From Acidobacteriaceae bacterium (GTDB lineage: Bacteria > Acidobacteriota > Terriglobia > Bryobacterales > Bryobacteraceae): a stretch of 32,692 nucleotides of DNA. Below the pieces are notes generated by a model that made no database searches, was not told where the DNA came from, and saw nothing but the letters and a program-made list of their open reading frames with translations. Where the stretch lies: contig JAFASD010000434.1 of NCBI GenBank assembly GCA_019244945.1, positions 1 to 32,692 of the forward strand. The letters are read 5' to 3'. The position numbers and the translations under genes are program-made. Within the stretch, counting starts at the first letter, position 1. Every line of letters begins with the position of its first letter. Positions 8,221 to 17,786 of this stretch are shown one piece after another.

Positions 8221-9654
8221 ATGGATTGGGCGGCTTTGGGCGCTGCCGCCGTGAATGGGGAAATGCCGGCGGGCGTTCCGTGCAGCAGCGAAGCCTCGTA
8301 CCACACGCTGGAAAGGACTGTGGGTAGTCTCGGCGCCAGCCAAGAAGACTTGGAAGAAGCATTGCAAAGCGCGGCGTCACTCCTCGAATTGAGGGGTAAA
8401 GACTTTCGCGTCGCGATATACGCCACTAAGGCGCTTTTCAAGACGGAGGGGATCGAGGGGTTAGCGGACGGGCTTGCCTGCATTCATGCCATGGCGAAGA
8501 ACTTCTGGGAAGCCGCGCATCCGAAGCTGCAATACCGCGAATCGTGGTTCGGAAACCTCAGCGATTTTGTTCGATCAGTTCTCACGAATATCGATTCGCA
8601 GCAAACTGTGGCAATCGAACGCTGTGCCGATACTGCAAGCGATCTGGGCGAGTTCCTTGAGCACAAACTCGGAAAACAGCTCAACTTCAACACAATCGCC
8701 GTCGATCTCAGGAAGCTCATTCCGCGCAAGAAAGACACTGCACCGCCCGAACCTGCGCCCCCGAAATCTGCGGCTGAATCTCCGAAGGTCCTTCCCCTGA
8801 GTGCGCCCCCGGACGAGCTCAGCAAGCCGATCACAGCCATCCCCCTACCGCCCCCGGCCGGTGCGCCGACGGCACTCCAAGTCCGAAACGCTCTGCTGAA
8901 AGATGCCCATACCGCAAGGAAACACAACCGCGCAGAATTATGGCCCTACCGGGCAGTTCGCACTGCGGCCTGGCGGCAGATCACTAAACCCTTGACGTAC
9001 GATTCGCAACTCGCGAGTATTCCGCCCCCCTCGGAGTACCTGATTCGATCTCTCGCTGAACTCACGGGTTCGGCCTCGTGGGACGATCTCTGCGACAAAT
9101 CAGAGCAAGCGATCCCCGAGCACCCGCTGTTTTTGGATCTGCATATTCATTCGGCGAAAGCCCTGAGTGAGTTGGGCGGCGCTCACCAGCTCGCGGCGGA
9201 GTTCGTGCGCTCCGAGGCGCAGCTCTTTCTTGAAGAGTTTCCGTGGGTCGCAGAGTTGAAGTTCAATGACGGAACTCCTTTTCTCAGCGATTCCGCGCGC
9301 GCGTTCTTAACCGTGAAGGCCCAATCGGCCGAAGTACCGAGTACCCGGAGCACAATTTCGACTCGGCGGAAAAGGTTTGAAAACCTGATTGAACGGATCA
9401 GGGCGCTTGTGCAGGCGAACCATCCAGAGTTAGCACTGGCCGCTCTGGGCGCTCTCGATTCCGAGATAACGCGCTTTTCCCTGGAGGAATGGGATTCCGA
9501 AATCTGCGTAGAAGTATTTGAACTTTGGCTGAACGTGCTCGATCCCTTGCGCGGCTCGGACACACGGAAAAGCGAACTTTTCAACTCTGTCTTTGCCCGG
9601 CTGATCTCCATTGACCCCGGGAGAAAGATCGGGTTGGGCGAAATACAGGTTTGA
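8221..9654 (+). CDS. tssA: T6SS TssA/VasJ-family protein (ImpA N-terminal-like domain)
   Basis: First gene of the plus-strand T6SS operon, directly upstream of tssBC. It has an ImpA_N-like N-terminus, a Pro/Ala-rich linker (PPEPAPPKSAAESPK...PPPAGAP) and a helical C-terminal domain, as in VasJ/TssA-type proteins. Confidence 0.7.
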   Translation: MDWAALGAAAVNGEMPAGVPCSSEASYHTLERTVGSLGASQEDLEEALQSAASLLELRGKDFRVAIYATKALFKTEGIEGLADGLACIHAMAKNFWEAAHPKLQYRESWFGNLSDFVRSVLTNIDSQQTVAIERCADTASDLGEFLEHKLGKQLNFNTIAVDLRKLIPRKKDTAPPEPAPPKSAAESPKVLPLSAPPDELSKPITAIPLPPPAGAPTALQVRNALLKDAHTARKHNRAELWPYRAVRTAAWRQITKPLTYDSQLASIPPPSEYLIRSLAELTGSASWDDLCDKSEQAIPEHPLFLDLHIHSAKALSELGGAHQLAAEFVRSEAQLFLEEFPWVAELKFNDGTPFLSDSARAFLTVKAQSAEVPSTRSTISTRRKRFENLIERIRALVQANHPELALAALGALDSEITRFSLEEWDSEICVEVFELWLNVLDPLRGSDTRKSELFNSVFARLISIDPGRKIGLGEIQV

Positions 9655-9666
9655 TAAAGGAGAAAC

Positions 9667-10200
9667 ATGCCAGAAGACGATGACTTAGTCGCACCGATTC
9701 AGCGAATCAATATCACTGTGGAAGCCCATACCAAAGGCCAGCCCGAGGGCGAGCTACCACTGAATATTTTAGTGCTTGGAGACTTTAAGGGAAGACCTGA
9801 TGAGCTTCCTTTGTACCTCCCAACACAGGCCGTACATTCCCGGTCCGAGATTCCCGGCGCACGAGACGTACGAGGTACCAGGTCGATTACCAAGGACACT
9901 GATTTCGAAAGGGTACTGCGCGAGATGCATGTGACTATCGACTTGGACATTGGCGACACGGCATACGAATACAAAATTGAACGAATGATCGATTTTGGTC
10001 CGGATGCGATTGTTTCCAAACTCGCCCCGTTTGCGAAATTAGTCGAAATACGCCAAGCGTTGGAATCATTACTGACGCCTTTGAAAAACCCGCACGGGGT
10101 TCGAAAACTGCTCGAAGATGCGGTGCGGGACGAGTCTAAGCGCGAAGCGCTGGTTACTGCGATGGGAATTGAAAACGCCGAGGCGAGCGAAGGCAATTGA
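9667..10200 (+). CDS. tssB: T6SS small sheath subunit TssB (VipA)
   Basis: Motifs IQRINITVE, ELPLNILVLGDFKG and MIDFGPDAIV; 177 aa. AAGGAG lies 4 nt upstream of the ATG. Sits immediately 5' of tssC. Confidence 0.9.
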   Translation: MPEDDDLVAPIQRINITVEAHTKGQPEGELPLNILVLGDFKGRPDELPLYLPTQAVHSRSEIPGARDVRGTRSITKDTDFERVLREMHVTIDLDIGDTAYEYKIERMIDFGPDAIVSKLAPFAKLVEIRQALESLLTPLKNPHGVRKLLEDAVRDESKREALVTAMGIENAEASEGN

Positions 10201-10207
10201 GGGCACA

Positions 10208-11770
10208 ATGTCGCACATTTTCGAAAAGGTGAGCAACACCCAGGTCGCTGACCAAGAAAACCCGATAAAAGCTCCAGTAGTGGCTGAGTTACTGGATACC
10301 GCCGTCCAACAATTCCAAGAACAAGCGGGCACGACGGAGTTATACACCGAAGGAACGGGCAAAGATAAGAAAGAAAAACGAATTCCGATCCGTGAAGCGT
10401 TCCTTTGCATTCTTGCGGAAGTTCTGCGGAACGGGAACGAAACCAAACCGATTAATGAAATCGTGGTGAAGGAGCTGATCAAAGAGCTTGACATCTTCAT
10501 GAGCGCCGAGCTGGACAAAATTCTTCACGATGCTCGTTTTAAAAGGCTTGAGGCGGCATGGACGCAACTCAAATATCTAGTCGACCATGCGGATTTCCGA
10601 AGGAATATAGAGATCAACGTGTTGAACATCTCGAAAGATGAGTTGCGCGAGGACTTGGAGAACCAGGCACCGCGCTCCTCATTCTTGTACAGGGTCGCTT
10701 ACCAATTCGATTACGGCCAATTTGGCGGCCACCCGTACGGCGCGATGATCGCCAATTATGACTTCGGACCGAATTCGCCTGACATGTCGCTATTAAGAAA
10801 CATCTCACGGATTGCAAATTGGGCGCATGCGCCGTTCATCGCGGCTGCGTCACCGGAGTTTTTCGGTGTGCGTGAGTTCCGCGACCTCTCATATCTCACC
10901 GATCTGGATCAGATCGTCGAAGGTCGCAAGCCTCAGAACACCGAGTGGCTTGAGTTTCGAAAAACGAAGGAGGCGCGATGTGTCGGATTGACATTGCCGC
11001 GCTTTCTGCTGCGCTTACCCTACGGTAATCAAAAGCCAACTAAGACATTCGGGTATACCGAGAGCGTGACCAATCATGACGCTTATCTTTGGGGTAATGC
11101 GGCGTTCGCGTTTGCCACGCGCCTAACTGAAAGCTTTGCCAGGAACCGCTGGTGCGCGAACATCATTGGTCCTCGCGGGGGCGGAGCTGTCAAGAATCTT
11201 CCATTGCATATCTTCCCCACGCTTGGAGGCAGCATGGGGGCTAAAATTCCGACGGAGATCATGATCCCGGACGAGCGTGAAGGGGAACTGGCGAGAGCCG
11301 GATTTATACCGCTTGCGATCAGGAAAGAAACCAATGAAGCCGCGTTTTTCTCAGCTAATTCATGCCAGGTTCCTGCTTGGTTTGGGGACGGCGACGAGCA
11401 AATGATCGACCAAGCCAATTTTAAGCTCAATACCATGCTGCCCTATACATTCATGATTAGTCGCGTAGCGCACTATATCAAGGCCATGCAGACAGAAAGA
11501 CTGGGGCTGAACTACAGCGCGACCCAGATGCAAAAAGAATTAGAGAAGTGGCTTCAGCAATATGTCGCAAATTTCGACGCGCAGCCGGAAGTTAGGGCGC
11601 GCCGGCCGTTCAGAGAGTTAGAGATCGTAGTCCTCCCCAAACCCGGCGACCCGGGCTGGTTCAGAGTACAAATATTACTGCGGCCGGACTTCAAATATCA
11701 AGGTGCGGATTTCAAATTGTCGCTCGTCAGCGAAATGGCTGAAAGGGCGCAGAAACAGCAGAACCAATAA
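10208..11770 (+). CDS. tssC: T6SS large sheath subunit TssC (VipB)
   Basis: Motifs ILHDARFKRLEAAWTQLKYLV, GAMIANYDF, AHAPFIAAASPEFFG, LTLPRFLLRLPYG and YLWGNAAFAFA. The ORF opens at 10118, but ATG 10208 follows GAGGG (4-nt spacer) and the tssB stop at 10200. Confidence 0.92.
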   Translation: MSHIFEKVSNTQVADQENPIKAPVVAELLDTAVQQFQEQAGTTELYTEGTGKDKKEKRIPIREAFLCILAEVLRNGNETKPINEIVVKELIKELDIFMSAELDKILHDARFKRLEAAWTQLKYLVDHADFRRNIEINVLNISKDELREDLENQAPRSSFLYRVAYQFDYGQFGGHPYGAMIANYDFGPNSPDMSLLRNISRIANWAHAPFIAAASPEFFGVREFRDLSYLTDLDQIVEGRKPQNTEWLEFRKTKEARCVGLTLPRFLLRLPYGNQKPTKTFGYTESVTNHDAYLWGNAAFAFATRLTESFARNRWCANIIGPRGGGAVKNLPLHIFPTLGGSMGAKIPTEIMIPDEREGELARAGFIPLAIRKETNEAAFFSANSCQVPAWFGDGDEQMIDQANFKLNTMLPYTFMISRVAHYIKAMQTERLGLNYSATQMQKELEKWLQQYVANFDAQPEVRARRPFRELEIVVLPKPGDPGWFRVQILLRPDFKYQGADFKLSLVSEMAERAQKQQNQ

Positions 11771-11784
11771 AGGAGAACTAAGAT

Positions 11785-12252
11785 ATGGCAGACGAAGCAA
11801 ACATGACGGTACCGGGAATTCAGGGCTCCTGCGATATTCAGGGGAGAGAGGGAACGATTCGCGTGCAGTACGTTGAACACAATGTCTCGAGGCCGTACGA
11901 CATTGATACAGGGCAGCCAACCGGCAGACGTGTACATTCACCGTTTGTGATCCGGAAAGAGGTGGACAAGGCCTCCCCACTTCTGTACCGCGACCTTGCT
12001 GAAGGCAAAAAGTACGATTCCGTGGAGCTCAAATGGTATCGCACGGCGAAAGACGGAAACCAGGAGCACTATTTCACAACGAAGCTCACGGATGCCCTGC
12101 TTGTTTCGATAAAGGCGTTAAAGAAGGATACGCAGGATCTATCATCGAAATCGTACAAGGACATGGAGGACGTGTCCTTTGTTTATAGGAGGATTGACTG
12201 GAAAGAAGAAACGAATGGCGTTGAGGCGTACGACGATTGGCGGAAAGCCTGA
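11785..12252 (+). CDS. hcp: T6SS tube protein Hcp
   Basis: 155 aa with the Hcp1-family signature GRRVHSPFVIRKEVDKASPLLY. AAGGAG lies upstream. Positioned between tssC and tssE. Confidence 0.9.
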   Translation: MADEANMTVPGIQGSCDIQGREGTIRVQYVEHNVSRPYDIDTGQPTGRRVHSPFVIRKEVDKASPLLYRDLAEGKKYDSVELKWYRTAKDGNQEHYFTTKLTDALLVSIKALKKDTQDLSSKSYKDMEDVSFVYRRIDWKEETNGVEAYDDWRKA

Positions 12253-12271
12253 TTGAGGTTGCTAGGACGCG

Positions 12272-12664
12272 GTGTCTGCGATTCGGTTGATCGAGCGGCT
12301 GCGGGGAGTAGCCAAAGGACGACTTTCGGTACAAAACTCAATCGAAAGCTACCTTCTGAATATATTGAACACGGTTGAAGGCGCGGTGCTTGCCAATCCG
12401 GCATATGGTCGGGCCGATTTTACGGACTTCCCATTCTCGAGTGAGCTGGCGCGCACTCTCGAGCGGCGTATCCCCGCGCTGGATCGTCGAGTTGAGAAAG
12501 TTCGTGTGCGCGTGCTGGAAGCGGAGATGCGCTTACCTGGGGAGCTTGCGTTTCTCGTGGAGTGGTGGCCAGCGAATTCCGCGGAGACCAATCGGTTCAT
12601 CGCGAAGCGAACGGACGACGGTCAGTTTCACATTCCCGATGTTCTGAACCGCGCATCGATATGA
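12272..12664 (+). CDS. tssE: T6SS baseplate wedge protein TssE (gp25-like)
   Basis: 130 aa with SIESYLLNILNTVEGAVLANPAYG, matching the gp25/TssE N-terminal motif. GTG start. The stop overlaps the tssF ATG (ATGA). Confidence 0.8.
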   Translation: MSAIRLIERLRGVAKGRLSVQNSIESYLLNILNTVEGAVLANPAYGRADFTDFPFSSELARTLERRIPALDRRVEKVRVRVLEAEMRLPGELAFLVEWWPANSAETNRFIAKRTDDGQFHIPDVLNRASI

Positions 12665-14436
12665 ACTTTAACCGCTATTTCGAAGAGGAGCTGACCTTTC
12701 TCAAAAACCTCGGGCCTGAGTTCGGGCGGCGCTGGCCGGAGTTGGCGCCCTTTCTGGGTTCTGATGATCCGAATGATCCCGCGTTCTCACGAGATCCGGA
12801 TGTGGACCGGCTCTTCGAGGGGTTTGCCTTCCTCACCGGTCGTATTCGTCAAAAGCTCGACGACGAGTTCCCGGAGCTAATTGATACGCTGCTCTCGGTA
12901 TTGGCGCCCGATCTGCTTCGGCCCCAACCGAGCGCAACCATCATCGAATTTGAGCCAATGCAAGGGCGCGTGCGCGGTGCAACGGAGATCCCGGCTCGCG
13001 AGGTAGAGCTTGGTGCAAAGCTCGGCAACGGTGCCGAGTGCCGTTTTCAAACCTGCTGGCCTGTCGAGGTCCTTCCGCTATCTCTCCAAGATGTCGCTTC
13101 CAAGGTACTTACAGATGGTGGTCTTGAGCTTCGCCTCAATCTTGTCTGGTACGACAAGGCGAGCCCTCCTGACCTTGATCGCTTGCGATTTCATTTGAGC
13201 GGTAAAGGCGCCGCCGATCTTTATCTGTGGTTTTGCGAACACCTGGTCAGGTGCGCGCTGACCGGTGCAGAGGTAGACCGGTCGATTCGGTTGCCCAAGC
13301 CCACTCCCCTGGGGTTCGTGCCTGGAGAGGCGCTCGTTTTGCAAACGGCGCCCTTCGACGGCGCCAGGCTTCTTCAGGAATATTTTGCCTTTAAAGCAAA
13401 GTTTCTCTTTGTCGAATTCTCTGGTCTCAAGGCGCTGCAAAAACTTGGCCGCCCGAAGGAATTTGCGTTATACCTGCGATTTCGGGACATTCCCGCACAC
13501 CAATTCGATCTCTCGCCAGCAAACTTTCGGCTGTTTTGCTGTCCGGCCGTGAACATGTTCCCGGCAGACTCCGATCCAATAGCCGTGACCGGCGAGAGGT
13601 ACGAGTATCCGGTTCAAGCCGCTGACAGCGACCTTTCCATCCACTCCATTCAGAGCGGCCAGGGATGGCTTGCGGGCACGAGAGAGCCCCGGGATTATGA
13701 GCCTTTCGTGTCCTTATCGCGCAAGCCCGATACAACTTACTACGACATAAAGTTTCGTCGGCACATTGTAACGGAGGAGCCACAGGCCTTCGTTTCTTTC
13801 GTGACACCCCGTCAAAAGGAACTGGTAGCCTCCCGAGAGACCGTGGTTTTTTCTCTGTTGTGCACGAACGGGTCCGCCGCCCAAACAGTGAAAGAGGGCC
13901 AGATTCATGACCAAACAAGCACGAGTCCGGAATATGCCCGGTTTCGGAACATCTCGCCCATTTCGCCATACGTTCCGGTTCCGACTTCGGCCGAGCGCCG
14001 GTGGCAACTGCTCTCGCACATGGTGCTGAGCCCCACCGCTCTCAACGATGTGGACAGGCTTGCCAGCATGCTCCGGATGTACAACATTCCGATCACTGCA
14101 GATCCACCAGTTGCACGCGCTAATATTCGACGAATTGAGAGTATCAGCGCAATGCGGGTGGCTCCCGCGGACTTCATGATGACCTCGGAACTCGACCCCG
14201 GCGGCTTTCGGGTCGGCGGCTATGGGGTCTCTGTACGCGGAACATCGGTTGAACTTGATATGGATGGCGAACAGTTCGCCTCTGAAGGCGATTTGTTCCT
14301 ATTCGGGTCCGTTCTGAACCACGTTTTCGGGTACTGTGCAACGCTGAACTCGGCTACGCGACTGACCGTGAAGAATACCGCTACTGGGACTGTACACCGC
14401 TGGACGCCTCACGTAGGCTCGCAGCCCGCTCTTTGA
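12661..14436 (+). CDS. tssF: T6SS baseplate protein TssF (ImpG)
   Basis: The N-terminus MNFNRYFEEELTFLKNLGPEFGRRWPELAPFL is typical of TssF. ATG 12661 forms an ATGA overlap with the tssE stop. The longer ORF from 12562 overlaps tssE by ~100 nt and is rejected. Confidence 0.9.
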   Translation: MNFNRYFEEELTFLKNLGPEFGRRWPELAPFLGSDDPNDPAFSRDPDVDRLFEGFAFLTGRIRQKLDDEFPELIDTLLSVLAPDLLRPQPSATIIEFEPMQGRVRGATEIPAREVELGAKLGNGAECRFQTCWPVEVLPLSLQDVASKVLTDGGLELRLNLVWYDKASPPDLDRLRFHLSGKGAADLYLWFCEHLVRCALTGAEVDRSIRLPKPTPLGFVPGEALVLQTAPFDGARLLQEYFAFKAKFLFVEFSGLKALQKLGRPKEFALYLRFRDIPAHQFDLSPANFRLFCCPAVNMFPADSDPIAVTGERYEYPVQAADSDLSIHSIQSGQGWLAGTREPRDYEPFVSLSRKPDTTYYDIKFRRHIVTEEPQAFVSFVTPRQKELVASRETVVFSLLCTNGSAAQTVKEGQIHDQTSTSPEYARFRNISPISPYVPVPTSAERRWQLLSHMVLSPTALNDVDRLASMLRMYNIPITADPPVARANIRRIESISAMRVAPADFMMTSELDPGGFRVGGYGVSVRGTSVELDMDGEQFASEGDLFLFGSVLNHVFGYCATLNSATRLTVKNTATGTVHRWTPHVGSQPAL

Positions 14437-14442
14437 TCGCCA

Positions 14443-15495
14443 ATGTCGCCCGACACGGTTCGCAGAACGTCGTTTTTCTCGCTGGTGGAAGCCATCGAAC
14501 GGTTTTGCCAGCCGCAGGCGACCGTCGGACAGCTCGGCCCTCCCCAATACGAAGTCCTGCGCTTCCGCGTTGATCCCTCCTTCGCCTTTCCCGTATGCGA
14601 TGTGTTGTCGCTGGAGCCTCCACAGGACGGAGAAGCCCAGTGGCCCTATTACACCGTCACAACAACATTTCTGAGTCTCCTGGGCAGCGGCTCGCCGCTC
14701 CCCGATCTCTACACCCAAGAGATCGTTCACGATCCCGAGCGCGGCGAAGCTAAGCGCGCGTTTTTTGATCTCTTTCACCACCGTCTGATATCGCTTTTTT
14801 ATCGCGTCTGGCGCAAGTACCGGTATGCTTTCACGTTTCGGGAGGACTGCAAAGACCCTTATTCGCTTCGCTTTCTCCTATTAACAGGTGCCGATCCCGA
14901 AAGTATTTTCGGGCAAACTGCCGTTGATGCAACCGTGTTTCTTCGGTACCTTCCGGTGTTCTATCGCAAGCCACGGTCTGCGTCGGCACTGGCGCCTCTG
15001 CTCCGGGACTTTCTGGGAGGGATTAACGTCGCGGTCGTCCAATTCATTCCCCGGAAAGTTCAGTTCGAAAGCTGGCAGCACAGCGCGATTGGCGCGCAAA
15101 ACAACTGTGTCGGTCGAAACATGCTCATCGGTGCGAAAGCGACAAGTCTCAACGCGGGATTTCGCGTATTAATCGGGCCGCTCACGTATGAGAGATACGT
15201 TGGGTATCTGCCAGAAGAACAGGGAATGCGACAAGTTGTGCAGCTCACAACATGGTTTACGACTGACCGGCTCGACTTCGATCTCGAGTTCCAGGTCGAA
15301 TATCAAAGTGTCCCACTCTTTTGGCTGGGACAAGCTTCAGCCGAGCATCATTACGCTCGGTTGTATAAGCTCAAGTGTTCCTTACTCGGCCGGACGACTT
15401 GGCTGCGGAATCCGGAAAGGCCACCGCATACCGGCCAGATCTCTTCCATAATTATGCCGACTTCGCCGACGTCTTCCACAACGATGGCGGCGTAA
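14443..15495 (+). CDS. tssG: T6SS baseplate protein TssG (ImpH)
   Basis: 350 aa with the N-terminal motif SFFSLVEAIERF. Size and position directly after tssF are typical of TssG. Confidence 0.85.
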   Translation: MSPDTVRRTSFFSLVEAIERFCQPQATVGQLGPPQYEVLRFRVDPSFAFPVCDVLSLEPPQDGEAQWPYYTVTTTFLSLLGSGSPLPDLYTQEIVHDPERGEAKRAFFDLFHHRLISLFYRVWRKYRYAFTFREDCKDPYSLRFLLLTGADPESIFGQTAVDATVFLRYLPVFYRKPRSASALAPLLRDFLGGINVAVVQFIPRKVQFESWQHSAIGAQNNCVGRNMLIGAKATSLNAGFRVLIGPLTYERYVGYLPEEQGMRQVVQLTTWFTTDRLDFDLEFQVEYQSVPLFWLGQASAEHHYARLYKLKCSLLGRTTWLRNPERPPHTGQISSIIMPTSPTSSTTMAA

Positions 15496-15510
15496 GGGAA
15501 GGTCCTCACT

Positions 15511-17238
15511 ATGGCCTCGCAAGCACTCAGTACCGCATATTTTACCTTCGAAGTCGAAGGATGTCCGACAGAATTTGGTATCTCCAGCTTTGAAGGGGAA
15601 GAGAGCATCTCCGATTTCTTCCGATTTGATTTGTCGCTTACAGCGACCGACGAGGACGTGGATTTCGACTCTGTGTTCAACTGCCCCGCGCGGCTAACGC
15701 TGCACTTTGAAACAAGCATCACCGTCTTTGAGGGGGTTCTCGCATGTTTTGAGCAGCTTGACGGAACCGACTACGTGATGAACTATCACGCAGTACTCGT
15801 ACCAAAGCTATGGCTGCTCACACTGAGCAAACACAACCGCATTTTTCAGAATAAAACGGTGCCTCAGATCGTCTTGGAAGTGCTGCGGCTGAATGGCTTC
15901 AAGTCCACGGAGTACGACGTCTCGGGTGTTCGCAAGAAATATCCACAACGCGAATACGTGGTCCAGTACCAGGAAACTGACTTCAATTTTGCCTCTCGGC
16001 TGCTGGAACACGAGGGCATTCTCTACGTGTTCAGTCAGGCGGACCCGAAAAAAATCCTTTTTTTGGACGCATCCCAGCAACTCGAGCCGATTCCTGGTGA
16101 TCCCGAGCTTTCCTATAGACCTCCGACCAATCAGGTTGCAACAAGCGAGTCGGTTTACGAGATCTCGATGCGGCAGAATATGCTCCCGAAGGAGTATCTT
16201 TTACAGGACTACAACTGGAGACGTCCATCTCTCGATCTGAATCAGAAAACCGACGTCGCGCCGAACGGGGCCGGCATCGTGATGGAGTACGGCGACCATT
16301 ATAGGGACAAGAATGAGGCGCGTCATTTGGCGCGAATGCGCAAGCAAGAACTGGCGTGGCAGAAAAGAGTGATGGATGGGCGAGGAACTTCTCCCCGGTT
16401 TCGCGCAGGGTCGTTGTTCACGATGCGAGATCACTTTCGTTTTGACGGCGAGTACCTGCTGACAGAAGTCCAGCATCACGGAACGCAAGGAGGCTCGGGC
16501 TTCGCTTCGACAGCAAGCGGCCAGCGTCCCGGTGTCGAGTACGGTAATCGGTTCAGCGCAATACCTTCCAGCATCCCTTACCGGCCACTCCGGAAGGCCG
16601 TCAAACCGAGACTTTACGGCGCTATGAACGCCAAAGTGGATGCAGCCGGAGACGGTCAATACGCGGAACTTGATGATCAGGGCCGCTACAAATTAATCAT
16701 GCCGTTTGATACGAGCGGCTTGAACGGAGGAAAGGCGACACGTTACGTCCGGATGGCTCAGCCTTATGCCGGCGAAGAATACGGCATGCATTTCCCTCTG
16801 CACAAGGGCGCAGAGGTTATCTGGACCTGCATCGACGGGGACATCGATAGACCGATCATCACGGGCGCCGTTCCTAATCCATCAAACGCGAGTCCCGTGA
16901 CAGAGCAGGTTCAGACCAAAGCAATAGTCCGCGATCACAGCGCAAATGAAATCCTGCTTGAGGGGGCGAGAGGAGAAGAGCAGATTCAGCTTCGCTCGCC
17001 GACCAAGAACAGCTGCGTCACGATCGGTCACGGTCCGTCGGATGGCGTGAATATTTACACCGAAGGCGCGGTCGTGTTGCATTCAGGCTCTGATCAGGTC
17101 TATATCGAAGCCGCGAATCAGATCACCTTAAAAGTAGGAGACAGCGTTCTGTACATGGACAAAGAGGGCAACATCCGCCTCGAAGGCAAGCACATTACCA
17201 TCAACGGCCCGGATATGGTTGATATAAATCCCGGGTAA
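15511..17238 (+). CDS. vgrG: T6SS spike protein VgrG (no C-terminal extension domain)
   Basis: 575 aa. The N-terminus is FEVEGCPTEFGISSFEGEESISDFFRFDLSL. The gp27/gp5-like core carries RYVRMAQPYAGEEYGMHFPLHKGAEV and DGDIDRPIITGAVPN, followed by a terminal beta-helix. Confidence 0.9.
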   Translation: MASQALSTAYFTFEVEGCPTEFGISSFEGEESISDFFRFDLSLTATDEDVDFDSVFNCPARLTLHFETSITVFEGVLACFEQLDGTDYVMNYHAVLVPKLWLLTLSKHNRIFQNKTVPQIVLEVLRLNGFKSTEYDVSGVRKKYPQREYVVQYQETDFNFASRLLEHEGILYVFSQADPKKILFLDASQQLEPIPGDPELSYRPPTNQVATSESVYEISMRQNMLPKEYLLQDYNWRRPSLDLNQKTDVAPNGAGIVMEYGDHYRDKNEARHLARMRKQELAWQKRVMDGRGTSPRFRAGSLFTMRDHFRFDGEYLLTEVQHHGTQGGSGFASTASGQRPGVEYGNRFSAIPSSIPYRPLRKAVKPRLYGAMNAKVDAAGDGQYAELDDQGRYKLIMPFDTSGLNGGKATRYVRMAQPYAGEEYGMHFPLHKGAEVIWTCIDGDIDRPIITGAVPNPSNASPVTEQVQTKAIVRDHSANEILLEGARGEEQIQLRSPTKNSCVTIGHGPSDGVNIYTEGAVVLHSGSDQVYIEAANQITLKVGDSVLYMDKEGNIRLEGKHITINGPDMVDINPG

Positions 17239-17296
17239 AGGTCTCGCAGCAAGTCGATCTAAGCATAAGGGCTAGGGCTCACAGGCTTTAATCAAT

Positions 17297-17764
17297 ATGG
17301 CTATCTATCACGCGAATGATTTAATCTTCGAACTCCCGGCGGGTCTCAAAGACAAAACCCACCACGTTTTCACGGTTACGGATGAGGGGCCTAGTCCTTT
17401 TAACATTGTGATCTCACGCGCTCTGGTGGACCCGAGTGAAACGATCCAATCATACGGCGCTCGGTTGATTGCCGATTTGCAGCGCTCGTTACCACGATTC
17501 AGTCTCACAAGTTATCAGGAGGTAAAGGTCGATGGCAGTCTCGCACTCAGAATCGAATACAGCTGGAACAGGGAGAATATCTCGATGCGCCAGGTGCAGT
17601 TCTCAATATTTCCCGCTGTCAATTCGGTTACGCGCAAAGTTATACAGATTACGGGCACAAGTTCGGGACCGCTTAGCGGCAACTGGGATGCTGCCTTCAC
17701 GACTTTGATTGCCACTATTCGACTTCAAAGCTCAGAAGATACTCCGCTGCAACAAAGAGCGTAA
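17297..17764 (+). CDS. DcrB/DUF1795-family protein, Eag-type T6SS effector chaperone
   Basis: 155 aa. The N-terminal YHANDLIFELPAGLKDKTHHVF pattern and the size fit DUF1795. It lies between vgrG and a prePAAR effector, which is the canonical Eag context. Confidence 0.75.
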   Translation: MAIYHANDLIFELPAGLKDKTHHVFTVTDEGPSPFNIVISRALVDPSETIQSYGARLIADLQRSLPRFSLTSYQEVKVDGSLALRIEYSWNRENISMRQVQFSIFPAVNSVTRKVIQITGTSSGPLSGNWDAAFTTLIATIRLQSSEDTPLQQRA

Positions 17765-17786
17765 CAGAAAAGAGCTGTTTGAGCAC

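Noticed and set aside
10118-10207. Upstream extension of the tssC ORF (ORF-track start 10118)
   Set aside because: It overlaps the last 83 nt of tssB in another frame. ATG 10208 has a GAGGG Shine-Dalgarno and gives a normal TssC N-terminus.
12562-12660. Upstream extension of the tssF ORF (start 12562)
   Set aside because: It overlaps tssE by ~100 nt. ATG 12661 forms a classic ATGA stop/start overlap and yields the conserved MNFNRYFEEEL TssF N-terminus.
17709-17786. Upstream extension of the PAAR effector ORF
   Set aside because: It overlaps the chaperone gene's 3' end. The prePAAR motif is expected at the extreme N-terminus, which only ATG 17787 provides.
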